Shown here piece by piece: positions 31,151-41,038 of a DNA stretch of 64,000 nt. Under the pieces are notes generated by a model. It saw nothing but the letters and a program-made list of their open reading frames with translations. It searched no databases and was not told where the DNA came from. The stretch is from a virus: the IMG/VR virus record IMGVR_UViG_3300023174_007394, positions 15,642 to 79,641 of that record, one strand, 5' to 3'. Made by a program: the position numbers and the translations under genes. Position 1 is the first letter of the stretch, and the number at the start of each line of letters is the position of its first letter.

Positions 31151-31249
31151 ATGGAAAAAGATAAATTTGCTAGAAAATTGGCCCTGATCTTTATTATATC
31201 TTTCTGTTCAATTTTTACTATTTTACTTGCTTTAATACTAAATAGCTAA
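31151..31249 (+). CDS. 32-aa single-TM microprotein (below ORF-track cutoff)
   Basis: MEKDKFARKLALIFIISFCSIFTILLALILNS; A-run before ATG; fills the gap between two minus-strand genes. Confidence 0.5.
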   Translation: MEKDKFARKLALIFIISFCSIFTILLALILNS

Positions 31250-31252
31250 TTG

Positions 31253-32050
31253 TTAGGTGGTAGTATTATCTGAAAGATTGCCTATGCCCGATAATAAAAC
31301 AGATTTATCAGGGGGAGGAACACCAAGTTCTATTCTAGATCTAATACCGCCTTGCATTAAATTACCCCTAAATCTTTCAGTTGTTGTGTCAATCTGAGGT
31401 AAATATGTTTCTGCATTAACAGAGAATCCTAGTGTTGTTCCCTCTCCTCTTGTACTACCATAGCTAAAATTGAATTGATTAGGTGTTTTTTCAGGGAAGG
31501 AATCAGGTAGGGATACTTGAACTGGTATTCTAAATCCGTTATATTCAAAATAATAAATAAAATTTTTAAATAGAACTTCTATAGTTCTAGCCTGTATTTT
31601 TAATGCATCAGTTATAGTATCGACCTTCATTTTAATATTAAAAGTGCAATCTAATGGGATGGATGTGAGGTATGATGAAAAAGCCCTTATTTCTGCTCCT
31701 CCTGTTTCCTGAGGTATTTCTTTTTCATATGTTCCTCTTACATATTTATTAGTTGAGCTAGCAGTATTTATACGGGAAGATTGATATTCTATAATACCTC
31801 TAGGAACAACATCATAATTTCCCTCAGCAAATGCTGGATTTCCGTCACAATCCCCATAATCAAGATAGAAATCTTGTAAAAAAGCCTCATCCCCCGCCAG
31901 TGTATAGAAGAAAGGAATAAATATCTCCTGGACTTTCCCCTCACCTGTTGTTTGAAAATAAGTGATTTTTTCATTTAGTGCTCTTAATAGTCCCACTATC
32001 ATGCCTCTAAAAAAAATATCATCACTATTAAATTTATCTAAATAATTCAT
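31253..32050 (-). CDS. Tail terminator / sheath stabiliser (gp15-like)
   Basis: IFIPFFY, VPRGI, IPLDCTFNIKM pattern; next to the neck gene. Confidence 0.65.
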   Translation of the reverse strand: MNYLDKFNSDDIFFRGMIVGLLRALNEKITYFQTTGEGKVQEIFIPFFYTLAGDEAFLQDFYLDYGDCDGNPAFAEGNYDVVPRGIIEYQSSRINTASSTNKYVRGTYEKEIPQETGGAEIRAFSSYLTSIPLDCTFNIKMKVDTITDALKIQARTIEVLFKNFIYYFEYNGFRIPVQVSLPDSFPEKTPNQFNFSYGSTRGEGTTLGFSVNAETYLPQIDTTTERFRGNLMQGGIRSRIELGVPPPDKSVLLSGIGNLSDNTTT

Positions 32051-32427
32051 TTATTTCCTCTTTTTATTAATGTGGAATAGTCTATAGAATATTCATTCTC
32101 TAATCCTATCTTTCTGCTATCAGCAACTTTAACATCTACCACAGGTATTTCGGTGTATAGAAACTTAATATGCTCGTTTTTTTGATTTCTGTAATTGGGA
32201 TGTATAAAATATTCTTTAATGTATTGGTCATCGGTAAGAGCAACCACACTTGTTACATATTCATTAGTCAATTGAGTCCTCCCTCTTGCTTCCGCAACAG
32301 GATTCTCAAATTTGTATATCTTAAATTCTGGAAATGAAATTCTTGATAGGGTTCTTTTATTGTTGCTAACAACAAAAAAATATTGATACTTTGGAATATT
32401 GTTTCTGCTATTTATTTTATCTGCCAT
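32047..32427 (-). CDS. Hypothetical protein
   Basis: 126-aa ORF, ATGA overlap with the next gene. Confidence 0.65.
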   Translation of the reverse strand: MADKINSRNNIPKYQYFFVVSNNKRTLSRISFPEFKIYKFENPVAEARGRTQLTNEYVTSVVALTDDQYIKEYFIHPNYRNQKNEHIKFLYTEIPVVDVKVADSRKIGLENEYSIDYSTLIKRGNK

Positions 32428-32447
32428 ATTCCTATATATTTTAATCT

Positions 32448-34115
32448 TTATACTTTCTCTATTCTAATATCAGAGAAGTTATTTTTCTTTTGTATATCAA
32501 TTCTATAATCAAATATTTCTGTGGGCATAGGCGCATGATTTATAACAAATACATTTAGGCCTAAATCGTCACATATTTTTCTCAACGTTGTTAGTATTGT
32601 GTAAACACCATCAGGATCTATAGAGCTGAATATTTCATCAAGAAATAATAAGTTAATCGAGCTAAATCTTATCTTCATTAATTTGAGTACGGAAAGAAGA
32701 ACTGCAAAGTCTACTTTCTTCATTTCTCCTGTGCTTAATGTTGAGATTGATATTTCCTCTCCCATATGGATAATAGAGGCGTTAAAATCATCATCAAATC
32801 TAACAGTATATGGTAGATGAAGGGAAATCATTAGATCCGCTATATGGCTGTTTAAAGAAGGTAGTATGGACTTAAGAGCTAATTGCTTTATTCCCTTATC
32901 CCCTAATACATCTTCTATTTTTTTAAGCCATTCAGATTTTTTCTCCTCCTTAGATCTATCCTCTGTGTTTTTCTGTACGATATTCCTAGTATCTTCTGAA
33001 ATCTTCCTGAGAGAATCTAATGCATCAGATGATGTTAGGTTTGATTTAATCTTTCTTAATTCGTCCTTTGCAGAGTTAATATTTACTGTTATCTTATTTC
33101 CCTTTGTGTTAAGATCTGCCTTTTGTGTTTTTATTTCAGTTTCTTTCTCTATTATCTTATTATGAAGCTCCTGATATTCATTTACCTGCTCTTTAAATGC
33201 TTCTAACTTTTTATTTAATTCGTCCTTTATCCCCTCGTGATATGCACCTGCTAAATCAGAGGTGCAAGTTGGGCATTTGTCATTCTCATAGAATTTTATC
33301 TTCTCGATGATTAACCTAAGAGCTCCCTTAGCTTCTGTTAGAAGCCCATAATTTTTTCTGTATTGTGATGATATCTCAGATTCTACAGATGCAAATTCCC
33401 CAGCTTTTTTGGTATGTATTTCTAAAAGGGATGTGAATTTTTTAATTCTATCCTCTAGATCACTTATTTTATCCTTAGAATCGTCTTTAATCTTTTGTGA
33501 TAAGAATTCTAATTCACCTTGTGTCTTTGTTAATGTCCGGCCAAGAGAATCTATTTCAGCGGAAAGTCGGATTAGATTTTCTTTAATTGATTTAGCTTCC
33601 TCTTTTAAAAGATCCTTCATCTCGTTAATGACATAGAATCCAAAGATTTTGTCTATAATTGATTTTTTGTCTGTTGGTGACATTTTAAGAAAACTCTTAA
33701 AATCGTTAATAGAAAGAGAAATTGTATTATTAAATACATAATTTGGAATCTGAATAATATCCTCTGTTAGGTAATCCTGTACTGATCTAGATCCTGCTTT
33801 ATCGTAAAGTGTACCATTAACATAAAGATTAAATATCGACGGGTCTAATCCTCTTTCAACCGTATATTCTTCACCATTAGAAGTAAAAGTTATCTTTACC
33901 CATGCATTACCGTTGATTCTGTTTGGTATATCTTTAAGTTTTTTACCATCCAATTTTCCGTACAGCCCAAAAGTAATCACATCGGAGATACTAGACTTAC
34001 CTGCTCCATTTTCACCAACCACTAAATATAATCCAGACTTTTCATCGAATTGGAGAGATTGTATTTTATTTCCATAGGAAGCAAAATTTCTCCATTCTAT
34101 TTTTGATAATCTCAT
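32448..34115 (-). CDS. gp46 / SbcC-like recombination ATPase
   Basis: GENGAGKS, CPTC zinc hook, LSTGE signature, LFLDE. Confidence 0.93.
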   Translation of the reverse strand: MRLSKIEWRNFASYGNKIQSLQFDEKSGLYLVVGENGAGKSSISDVITFGLYGKLDGKKLKDIPNRINGNAWVKITFTSNGEEYTVERGLDPSIFNLYVNGTLYDKAGSRSVQDYLTEDIIQIPNYVFNNTISLSINDFKSFLKMSPTDKKSIIDKIFGFYVINEMKDLLKEEAKSIKENLIRLSAEIDSLGRTLTKTQGELEFLSQKIKDDSKDKISDLEDRIKKFTSLLEIHTKKAGEFASVESEISSQYRKNYGLLTEAKGALRLIIEKIKFYENDKCPTCTSDLAGAYHEGIKDELNKKLEAFKEQVNEYQELHNKIIEKETEIKTQKADLNTKGNKITVNINSAKDELRKIKSNLTSSDALDSLRKISEDTRNIVQKNTEDRSKEEKKSEWLKKIEDVLGDKGIKQLALKSILPSLNSHIADLMISLHLPYTVRFDDDFNASIIHMGEEISISTLSTGEMKKVDFAVLLSVLKLMKIRFSSINLLFLDEIFSSIDPDGVYTILTTLRKICDDLGLNVFVINHAPMPTEIFDYRIDIQKKNNFSDIRIEKV

Positions 34116-35209
34116 GCTTGTAAATCTTTTTCTGTTATTTTTTTATAAAGTACTTTAATTGTCTTCTTCATTTTCTCCTTAGTTTCATCATCCTCTTTTA
34201 GAGAATTAATATACTCATCGGAGAAATCCAATATGGAGAAGTTCTTACCATCCAGATTGAATAGGGTTTCGTCCAGATTCTGGCTTTCAGTTTTATTATC
34301 GTTTATCGGTGTGAATGTTATCTTAAGCTGTGAAGTTACCATTTCTGTTAAAATACCTAGAGGTGCTTTAACTGCAAGTTTAGGATCAATAAGAACATCT
34401 ACAAAATTGTTTTTAAACATATCCTCCAGCTCTAAAGGTGTTTTATCCAATACTGAATCAAAACCAATTCTAATAAATTTTGGAGAAAAATTGTTCTCAA
34501 AACAAGTTTCTTCCTCAGTTTCTAAATCAAGCAGAAGAATATATTTCTTATTATCCATATCGGATCTAGTGAGCTGGTATGGAGATCCTAACATTTTAAC
34601 TTTACCAAAGTCTTGAGAATAGTGAATATGTCCAGAATATACCTTTTTAAAGTTATCTAGCTTGTTATAAGAAATTCCATCTTCTATCTTTGTAAACTTA
34701 TTAAAACTTAAACCTCTAATATCCGAATGACAAAATAGATAATCATGCTCAGTGATTTCTGATAGTAATTCAGCAGCAATTTCTTCGGTTGCCCTCCATG
34801 GCATCATAAATGCTTTTCTTTTACCGAAAATTATAGTTTCTGGTTCTTCGTAAACATTAACACCAGGAATCCATTTTAGAGATGCTAATGAATTTATCTC
34901 GTTTGTACCGCGTGAATATATGTCATGATTACCTACAATAACAAAAATTCCATCTTTAAAAATCTTACTAAGCTCTCCAAATATCTCAACGCAAAGATTT
35001 AATACTTTAAGATTTATACTTTGTCTTGAATCATAAACATCTCCAAGATGGATTAAAATATCACCTGGCTTGTATTCTTTTTTAATCATGGGTATAAGCC
35101 ATTCAAAAAAATACTTCTCCATAATCTGTATCCATTCTTCGGAGCTATTTCTAACCCCCAAGTGTGTATCTGTAATCATCCATAGTCTCTTTGCTTGTGG
35201 TAAATTCAT
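34112..35209 (-). CDS. gp47 / SbcD-like nuclease
   Basis: TDTHLG, HLGD, GNHD, SGHIH, GSPYQL. Confidence 0.93.
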   Translation of the reverse strand: MNLPQAKRLWMITDTHLGVRNSSEEWIQIMEKYFFEWLIPMIKKEYKPGDILIHLGDVYDSRQSINLKVLNLCVEIFGELSKIFKDGIFVIVGNHDIYSRGTNEINSLASLKWIPGVNVYEEPETIIFGKRKAFMMPWRATEEIAAELLSEITEHDYLFCHSDIRGLSFNKFTKIEDGISYNKLDNFKKVYSGHIHYSQDFGKVKMLGSPYQLTRSDMDNKKYILLLDLETEEETCFENNFSPKFIRIGFDSVLDKTPLELEDMFKNNFVDVLIDPKLAVKAPLGILTEMVTSQLKITFTPINDNKTESQNLDETLFNLDGKNFSILDFSDEYINSLKEDDETKEKMKKTIKVLYKKITEKDLQA

Positions 35210-35210
35210 G

Positions 35211-35669
35211 CTAGAAAATTTTCTTAATTCCTTTTTTTGATATTATTCCAAATTTTTGATCCATTTCATTAACTATGATTTCTTTGTATTTCATGTGTAT
35301 TAATTCGTAAGCTTTTAAATAGTTTACGTTCATAAAATCACATATAGAAACAAATTTTTCAACCATTGTAAATTCTGTGGTTTCCATTTCCTCCAGGAGA
35401 TCCTGGAATACGTATGGTATTAAATCTTTTGGCATTTTTTTATTTGGTCCTAAAGCACTCCATCTAGATTTATGAAAAATCTCATAAACTAATTTATTTA
35501 GTGCTAATAGATGTCTATATGATTCGTCTTCATTGTCTATTGATGCCCTTAAAGATCTATAATCTCTAGTGTTATCCTCTATGTGGAAGGATTCATCCTC
35601 TATTGCTTTGGAGATATCAGCCTCGCTTTCTACCTTTTCTTCATCTTCGATGAGTTTTTTCTGTTTCAT
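35211..35669 (-). CDS. Hypothetical protein
   Basis: 152-aa ORF coupled to the helicase gene. Confidence 0.65.
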   Translation of the reverse strand: MKQKKLIEDEEKVESEADISKAIEDESFHIEDNTRDYRSLRASIDNEDESYRHLLALNKLVYEIFHKSRWSALGPNKKMPKDLIPYVFQDLLEEMETTEFTMVEKFVSICDFMNVNYLKAYELIHMKYKEIIVNEMDQKFGIISKKGIKKIF

Positions 35670-36973
35670 TAGTTTTCATTCATTATTTGGGAGTTGGGAT
35701 CTTCAGAAATTCTCATAAAGCTATAATCAACATTAAATTTTTTGTAGGAGTTTTTATATCCTTCATCCCTATTTGCTAGAACCTTTAGCTTGTACTCATT
35801 ATTAGTATACATTAAAGGATCTTGGATGATTCCAAACATTCCATCAACTGTTGCAACAAGTCCTGATGATTCCGAAGCAGAATTCATAGAAAGATCTGTT
35901 GCATCAAATTCTGATTGCTTAGTTTGTGTTGCTGTTATTATTGCCCATCCATTTCTTTGTCCCATAGCTCTTAAATCCTCTGCTATTTGTTTAATTTTCA
36001 TATAAGTATTTTCAGTATTTGGATTTCTCCAATTCTTCATAATATTTATATAATCAATAACTACTATTTTAAATTTTATTCCTTTAACTTCTTCCACCTT
36101 TCTAAGCCATTTTTCAACATCTACAACGGAAGCTTGACTAGTACCAAATTCTTTAACGTAAAGTTGTCCAGGTGTTGCTAAATTATCAAATGCTAAATTC
36201 CTTATTTTTTTCTTAATTATTTCAGGATCGTCTGTTGCATCATTGTACTCTGACATTTTAATACCCAAGAGATTAGATCCTATCCTCTTCATATATTTTC
36301 TGTCATTAAGCTCAAGTGTAATAACAGCGACGTTACTTGATGCACGTATTGCCTGTGCAGCAATATTCCCTAGCCATAAAGTCTTTCCGACCTTTGGCTG
36401 TCCTAGAAAAACGTAAAGACTTTTGGCAGCAAATCCTCCACCAAGAACTATATCTATAAAATCATAGCCGGAAGAGAATGTACTTGATTTAGGCTGTTTA
36501 TGATTTTCTGGATCTGTGAAATCCAATCCAAGATCAAAAGAAAAATCTAAACTATTTCTCTCGTTAATTATACTTTTGAATGTGTTAACTACGTCCTTAA
36601 TGTTCTCGGGGGTTACCTCTGTTGATTTTATATAGGTAATTGAATCCATCGCACTTTGCTCTAGATTCTTCCACTCTATCCAAGCCTCTGTGTTCTCTCT
36701 TAACCATTCAGGATCATACTCATTAAGCTTAATATCGAAAATAGTATCAACCTGAGAGATTGGAATCTTATCCTCAAGCTTAAGCATTTTAATTATCTCC
36801 TTAACCTGATTTACAGATGGTACTTCAGAATACTTTTTCCAAAATGATTTAACTATTTTAAAGGTCTCTTGGTATCTGATATCTTTGAAAAAAGATGGTT
36901 TCCCTGATTCGATATAAATTGGCTCAGATACTATGCTGCAAAACCATATATTTTCTAAGTGAGAATTAATCAT
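35669..36973 (-). CDS. DnaB-like replicative helicase (gp41-like)
   Basis: GQPKVGKT, VVIDYINI, IAEDLRA, TATQT, SESSGL. Confidence 0.92.
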   Translation of the reverse strand: MINSHLENIWFCSIVSEPIYIESGKPSFFKDIRYQETFKIVKSFWKKYSEVPSVNQVKEIIKMLKLEDKIPISQVDTIFDIKLNEYDPEWLRENTEAWIEWKNLEQSAMDSITYIKSTEVTPENIKDVVNTFKSIINERNSLDFSFDLGLDFTDPENHKQPKSSTFSSGYDFIDIVLGGGFAAKSLYVFLGQPKVGKTLWLGNIAAQAIRASSNVAVITLELNDRKYMKRIGSNLLGIKMSEYNDATDDPEIIKKKIRNLAFDNLATPGQLYVKEFGTSQASVVDVEKWLRKVEEVKGIKFKIVVIDYINIMKNWRNPNTENTYMKIKQIAEDLRAMGQRNGWAIITATQTKQSEFDATDLSMNSASESSGLVATVDGMFGIIQDPLMYTNNEYKLKVLANRDEGYKNSYKKFNVDYSFMRISEDPNSQIMNEN

Positions 36974-36975
36974 TC

Positions 36976-37269
36976 TTAATAGTGTGGATTATCTTTTATT
37001 TTATAGAATTCTTTTCCTTTTTGATTCTTTTTTTGTGGCTCAAATGTTCCATCGTTTACTAAAGATTTAACTATATTACCAAATTCGTTTTCTTCCCAAC
37101 CAGAGGGAAGAAAAGAATTAAATGTTTGCATAGAGAATTCACCCTGCGGGCGGGAATCCCTAACTAAATAGCTATTTAATTCAAATATTAAATCTTCACG
37201 TGTTGGATATCCAGAAAGTTCTTTCCAGATGCCCATATGGTATTTCATTTTAACTTTATTCTTTTCCAT
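36976..37269 (-). CDS. Hypothetical protein
   Basis: 97-aa ORF between uvsX and the helicase. Confidence 0.65.
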   Translation of the reverse strand: MEKNKVKMKYHMGIWKELSGYPTREDLIFELNSYLVRDSRPQGEFSMQTFNSFLPSGWEENEFGNIVKSLVNDGTFEPQKKNQKGKEFYKIKDNPHY

Positions 37270-38422
37270 CTTCTTCTATTGTTTCTTCCTCTGTAATATC
37301 ACCAAATGCTTCCAATTCAGCTTCGTCGAATAAATCTGGTAGTAAAAAATGAGGCTTAATTACATTTTCATCAAGTTCTTTAAGAACCTCTTCTGTAAAA
37401 ACCTCTGGTGTAAATAATTGGGTGGATGCAATGGTCTTTCCTAAATGTCTTACTGCCCATCTTGGAGAAGATTCAACAGCGGTGAATATCATTTCGCCTG
37501 TTTTTTTATCAACCTCTAATTTACCTCTTTGTATCCCGCACTTTTCCCAGTTTACAAAATCTTGAAGTCCAACATATGGATTCATACCGTTCATAAAAGA
37601 AATATGAAATTTAACAGGATAAGGTCTAGTGAATCTTGCTTTCTTAGGGGTTGATGTTACAATGATTCCAGTTTTTGTGTCATTCTCTTTTAATTGTGCT
37701 TTAGAAAGCATAACAACATTACTCATGGAAAAAATAGGTCCATCGCCACCTGATGCTTCTTTTGTTGGCATAAATCCACCTATTCCACCGGTTGTTGTGT
37801 GGTTAGTGCAAACCAAAGGAATTCTAACACCTGTTAGATCTAATGTTATAACACGGAAAAGAGATCTCATTTCTTTAGATCTTAAACCCATATCCATTGC
37901 ACTCTTTCCCTTGATTGCATCTCCAGTTTCTTTATCGGTACTAAGCATACCAAGAGAATCTAAAATAATCATTATTTTAGGTTCTGCACCATCTTTTCTT
38001 GCAATTTTAACCTTCTCTAGAATATTTGTTGTAAATATTTTAAAATCATTGATTGTCTTAATAGGCTGATATCTAACTCTATTTGGATCAACACCAAATT
38101 TCTTGGCTGAGCTTTTATCTATGGCACCTTCAGTGTCACAATAAATAACATCATAATCTTGTTTCTGCGCTTCCCTTGTAATATTCATTGCTAGGAATGT
38201 CTTGCCTGTAGAAGGATCCCCCGCAATTCCTATTGACCTGTTATTTGCTATACCCCCGAATAAACTTCCAGAGAGCTGAGCATTTAAAAGATAGTTACCT
38301 GTTGAAATCCATTCTGTTGTTTTTGAAAACTCGTTGGTCTCCAGAATAGATCCGGATTCAAATCCCTCAATTTTTGATAATTGCTTATCTAATTCTGCAA
38401 ATGAAAATTCTTTCTTAGCCAT
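37256..38422 (-). CDS. uvsX: RecA-like recombinase UvsX
   Basis: STGNYLLNAQLSG, AGDPSTGKT, DTEGA, LDSLG, TNH, SGG. Confidence 0.92.
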   Translation of the reverse strand: MAKKEFSFAELDKQLSKIEGFESGSILETNEFSKTTEWISTGNYLLNAQLSGSLFGGIANNRSIGIAGDPSTGKTFLAMNITREAQKQDYDVIYCDTEGAIDKSSAKKFGVDPNRVRYQPIKTINDFKIFTTNILEKVKIARKDGAEPKIMIILDSLGMLSTDKETGDAIKGKSAMDMGLRSKEMRSLFRVITLDLTGVRIPLVCTNHTTTGGIGGFMPTKEASGGDGPIFSMSNVVMLSKAQLKENDTKTGIIVTSTPKKARFTRPYPVKFHISFMNGMNPYVGLQDFVNWEKCGIQRGKLEVDKKTGEMIFTAVESSPRWAVRHLGKTIASTQLFTPEVFTEEVLKELDENVIKPHFLLPDLFDEAELEAFGDITEEETIEEDGKE

Positions 38423-38440
38423 ATTTTTATTACTTTTCTT

Positions 38441-38468
38441 ATTATAGCTTGTAAATGAATTAGATTTC
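38441..38468 (-). promoter_or_regulatory. GAAA(C/T)-N17/18-TATAA(T) promoter candidate upstream of uvsX
   Basis: Sense: GGAAAT ctaattcatttacaagc TATAAT. Similar sites near 13710, 38736, 40241, 40709, 43261 and 58585. Confidence 0.55.
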
Positions 38469-38483
38469 CAGATTTCTAGGCAT

Positions 38484-38515
38484 AAAAAAAGCAGGAATAT
38501 ATATTCCTGCTTTTT
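38484..38515. terminator. Intrinsic terminator
   Basis: aaaaagcaggaatat/atattcctgcttttt perfect inverted repeat after the lipoprotein gene. Confidence 0.8.
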
Positions 38516-38531
38516 CTGAGTTTTTTAACTA

Positions 38532-38717
38532 CTATTTAGTTGAATCTTTAACCTCTTTAGTAGTATCAACAGCAACTTTCGCTGTATCAACTTTTACCGT
38601 TGAATCTGCAACTGCCGTTGAATCAGTTCCTGTAGTTTCTGGTGTTGTAGCATTTCCCCCGCATGATGTGATAACTAAAATTGCTAAAATGGCTAAAAAC
38701 CCTAATACTTTTTTCAT
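38532..38717 (-). CDS. Small lipoprotein with D(S/T)x-rich tail
   Basis: MKK + hydrophobic core + ITSC lipobox; DST/DTA/DTT repeats. Confidence 0.8.
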   Translation of the reverse strand: MKKVLGFLAILAILVITSCGGNATTPETTGTDSTAVADSTVKVDTAKVAVDTTKEVKDSTK

Positions 38718-38789
38718 AATTTTTATTATTTTTTAATTATATATCAAAAAGCATTTTTGTTTCGTGATATTTTATTAATTCTTTACATC

Positions 38790-38972
38790 TTAAGGATAAA
38801 GCCTGGATTCGTAGCATCCAGCCATATCCGCTAGAAAAAAGAATGCTATAAGAAAAATTAGCATAATAAATACAATCTTTGTATTTGCTGCTAATTCTTC
38901 AAGCAAGTTAAGATCTTTTCTTCCTAAATGATATCCTCTTATAAATCTCCAGAGTGCCTTAATTGTTTTCAT
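38790..38972 (-). CDS. Small membrane protein
   Basis: IVFIMLIFLIAFFFLA TM; abuts the OmpA-family gene. Confidence 0.55.
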   Translation of the reverse strand: MKTIKALWRFIRGYHLGRKDLNLLEELAANTKIVFIMLIFLIAFFFLADMAGCYESRLYP

Positions 38973-39824
38973 TTATTTATTTTTTGGTTCGATTATCTTA
39001 AAAAATTGGTCCAATTGCGGAAGTATAATAATTCTTGTTCTTCTATTTAAAGATTTCGATTCTTCCCCTATATTAGGAGCAATAGGTTTGTATTCAGATC
39101 TTCCTGCTGCTATCATATTAGAAGGATTTAATCCATAAACATATTGTAATATTCTAACCACTGATGTTGCTCTTTTAACACTAAGATCCCAGTTATCTAA
39201 TAAAATTCCACCACTATATGGGGCATTATCAGTGTGTCCCTCTACCATAAATTCTACATCGGGTTGACTTTTAAGTATTTTTGCTATTCTACCTAATAGG
39301 GTGTCTGCAGTTTCTGAAATGTAGTATTTACCAGATTTAAATAAAATTTTATCAGATATGTCTATATAAATAACACCTTTTTCTACCTTAATGTCTATAT
39401 CCTTGTCACTCATTCCTGCCAAAGAGCTTTTAAGATTCATGACCAATGACATATTTAAAGAATCTTTCCTAGATATCTGCTGTTGGAGATTTTGAATATA
39501 ATTATCCTTGTTTCCTATGTTATCAAGAGATACCTTTATGCTTTCCGCCTGCTTGGTTGTTATAACAGATAGATCTTCAAGCTGTTTTATAACTTGATTT
39601 TTATTATTTTTTAATTCCTCTATCTGATCTTCTAAAAGTTTTTTCTTATCAAGCAACAATGATGTTTCTTTTTTACAGATGTTTAAATTTGCAGCTGTAT
39701 TAGTATACGTGTAATTTAAATTCTCATAGTTCTTTTTTAGATTTTTAAATTTTCTTCCACTAACACAGGATGCTAGAGAAATTAAAAATATTAAACCTAT
39801 AAAGAAAAGATTATTAATTCTCAT
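38973..39824 (-). CDS. OmpA/MotB-family lipoprotein
   Basis: LASC lipobox, coiled coil, VEGHTDN, NWDLSVKRA, NRRTRIII. Confidence 0.9.
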   Translation of the reverse strand: MRINNLFFIGLIFLISLASCVSGRKFKNLKKNYENLNYTYTNTAANLNICKKETSLLLDKKKLLEDQIEELKNNKNQVIKQLEDLSVITTKQAESIKVSLDNIGNKDNYIQNLQQQISRKDSLNMSLVMNLKSSLAGMSDKDIDIKVEKGVIYIDISDKILFKSGKYYISETADTLLGRIAKILKSQPDVEFMVEGHTDNAPYSGGILLDNWDLSVKRATSVVRILQYVYGLNPSNMIAAGRSEYKPIAPNIGEESKSLNRRTRIIILPQLDQFFKIIEPKNK

Positions 39825-39946
39825 TTTTTTTATTTTTTATTTCGTTTTTTATGTATATAACTCCAAAGACTGATAGAAATATAATTATAGCTATATTTAT
39901 ACCTAAAATGTGATAAATGGATATTGTGTATTCCCCATTTATTATT

Positions 39947-40222
39947 TTAAACATTCTTTTTAGAAAAACTATCTCTTACAATATCTCCATGTACAAACCA
40001 TCTCGAATCGTCTTCATTTTTCTTAAAAAAGAAAATAGTATCAGATATCTGTCCTATTAATTGAAATTCCTCCGATTCATTTAAAAATACTTCATCAAGG
40101 TCCTGGTCTGTAAATTTCCATTTAGAAAAAAACTTAGATGTATTTCTACTAAAATACTTTCTGTAGTTTTCTTCCATGTCTTTACTTATGTTTTTAACTT
40201 TTCTAAAATTTCTATCTGTCAT
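39947..40222 (-). CDS. Hypothetical protein
   Basis: Likely start MTDRN, downstream of GGAAAC-N18-TATAAT. Confidence 0.6.
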   Translation of the reverse strand: MTDRNFRKVKNISKDMEENYRKYFSRNTSKFFSKWKFTDQDLDEVFLNESEEFQLIGQISDTIFFFKKNEDDSRWFVHGDIVRDSFSKKNV

Positions 40223-40298
40223 GTTTATATGTTTTAAACTATTATACAGCAAAAAAGCTCCGGGGTTTCCGAAGCTTTCAAAATATTAATTGATTTTA

Positions 40299-40688
40299 TT
40301 ACTCTTGACCGTATTTGAAGTAGTTGTAAACTTCTTCAATATCATCCGCAGATGTTGTAATATGATCTACTGCCCATTGTTCAACCTTTCCAGACTGGTT
40401 AATCATATTAATTAATTGTTCTGTCTGGTCGTGTATCTTTTTAAGATTTGTAATGACCATATATGGTTTAGCGGAATTTGCTGATATTTCTATTTTATTT
40501 GGAACTTCAGCTGAATATGATGGCATATCATCACCTGCATCATCCATATCGTCGCTGTCCATGTCATCGCTGTCCATATCCATATCGGTCATGTCAACAT
40601 CATCTCCTAATGTGGGCTCTTCCATACCCTCGCTTCTTTTAGAGCGTATATCTTTTTTATAATCCTCAATAGGTTTTAAATTCTGCAT
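40299..40688 (-). CDS. Acidic Met/Asp-rich hypothetical protein (possible head protein)
   Basis: DDMDSDDMD repeats, WAVDHITTSADDIEEV; GAATATATA upstream. Confidence 0.65.
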   Translation of the reverse strand: MQNLKPIEDYKKDIRSKRSEGMEEPTLGDDVDMTDMDMDSDDMDSDDMDDAGDDMPSYSAEVPNKIEISANSAKPYMVITNLKKIHDQTEQLINMINQSGKVEQWAVDHITTSADDIEEVYNYFKYGQE

Positions 40689-40751
40689 AAAATTACTTAT
40701 ATTTTCATCTTATATATTCAAGACAAAAAGGATTTCTCCAATTTATTAAGC

Positions 40752-40976
40752 TTATTGTCCCAATTTTTTCAAAATTTCTTTAATCTGACTGCATTTTTCA
40801 TATTCTTCCAAATCAGGTGAGGAGAAAAAATCCATCATTTCGTTTAGTATCTCTCCTATATTATTCATTTTCATAATCCCCTCGCAATGGCCGTCGATTA
40901 GTATATTATACATATCATAATAAGCAAAAGATATATCTTTCTCTAATTTTTCAGGATTTATTTTCTTTGTTTCCAT
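40752..40976 (-). CDS. Hypothetical protein with UVR-like EEYEKC motif
   Basis: 74-aa ORF behind the TAnnTTTG site at 40993. Confidence 0.6.
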   Translation of the reverse strand: METKKINPEKLEKDISFAYYDMYNILIDGHCEGIMKMNNIGEILNEMMDFFSSPDLEEYEKCSQIKEILKKLGQ

Positions 40977-41038
40977 TTTTATAATTTATAATCAAAAATA
41001 GTAAACATTTTCGGTAATAAAAAATGATATATAATGCA

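Noticed and set aside
26316-38422. Inteins or introns in terL, helicase or uvsX
   Set aside because: Lengths and motif spacing look normal, with no Hint or homing-endonuclease insertion.
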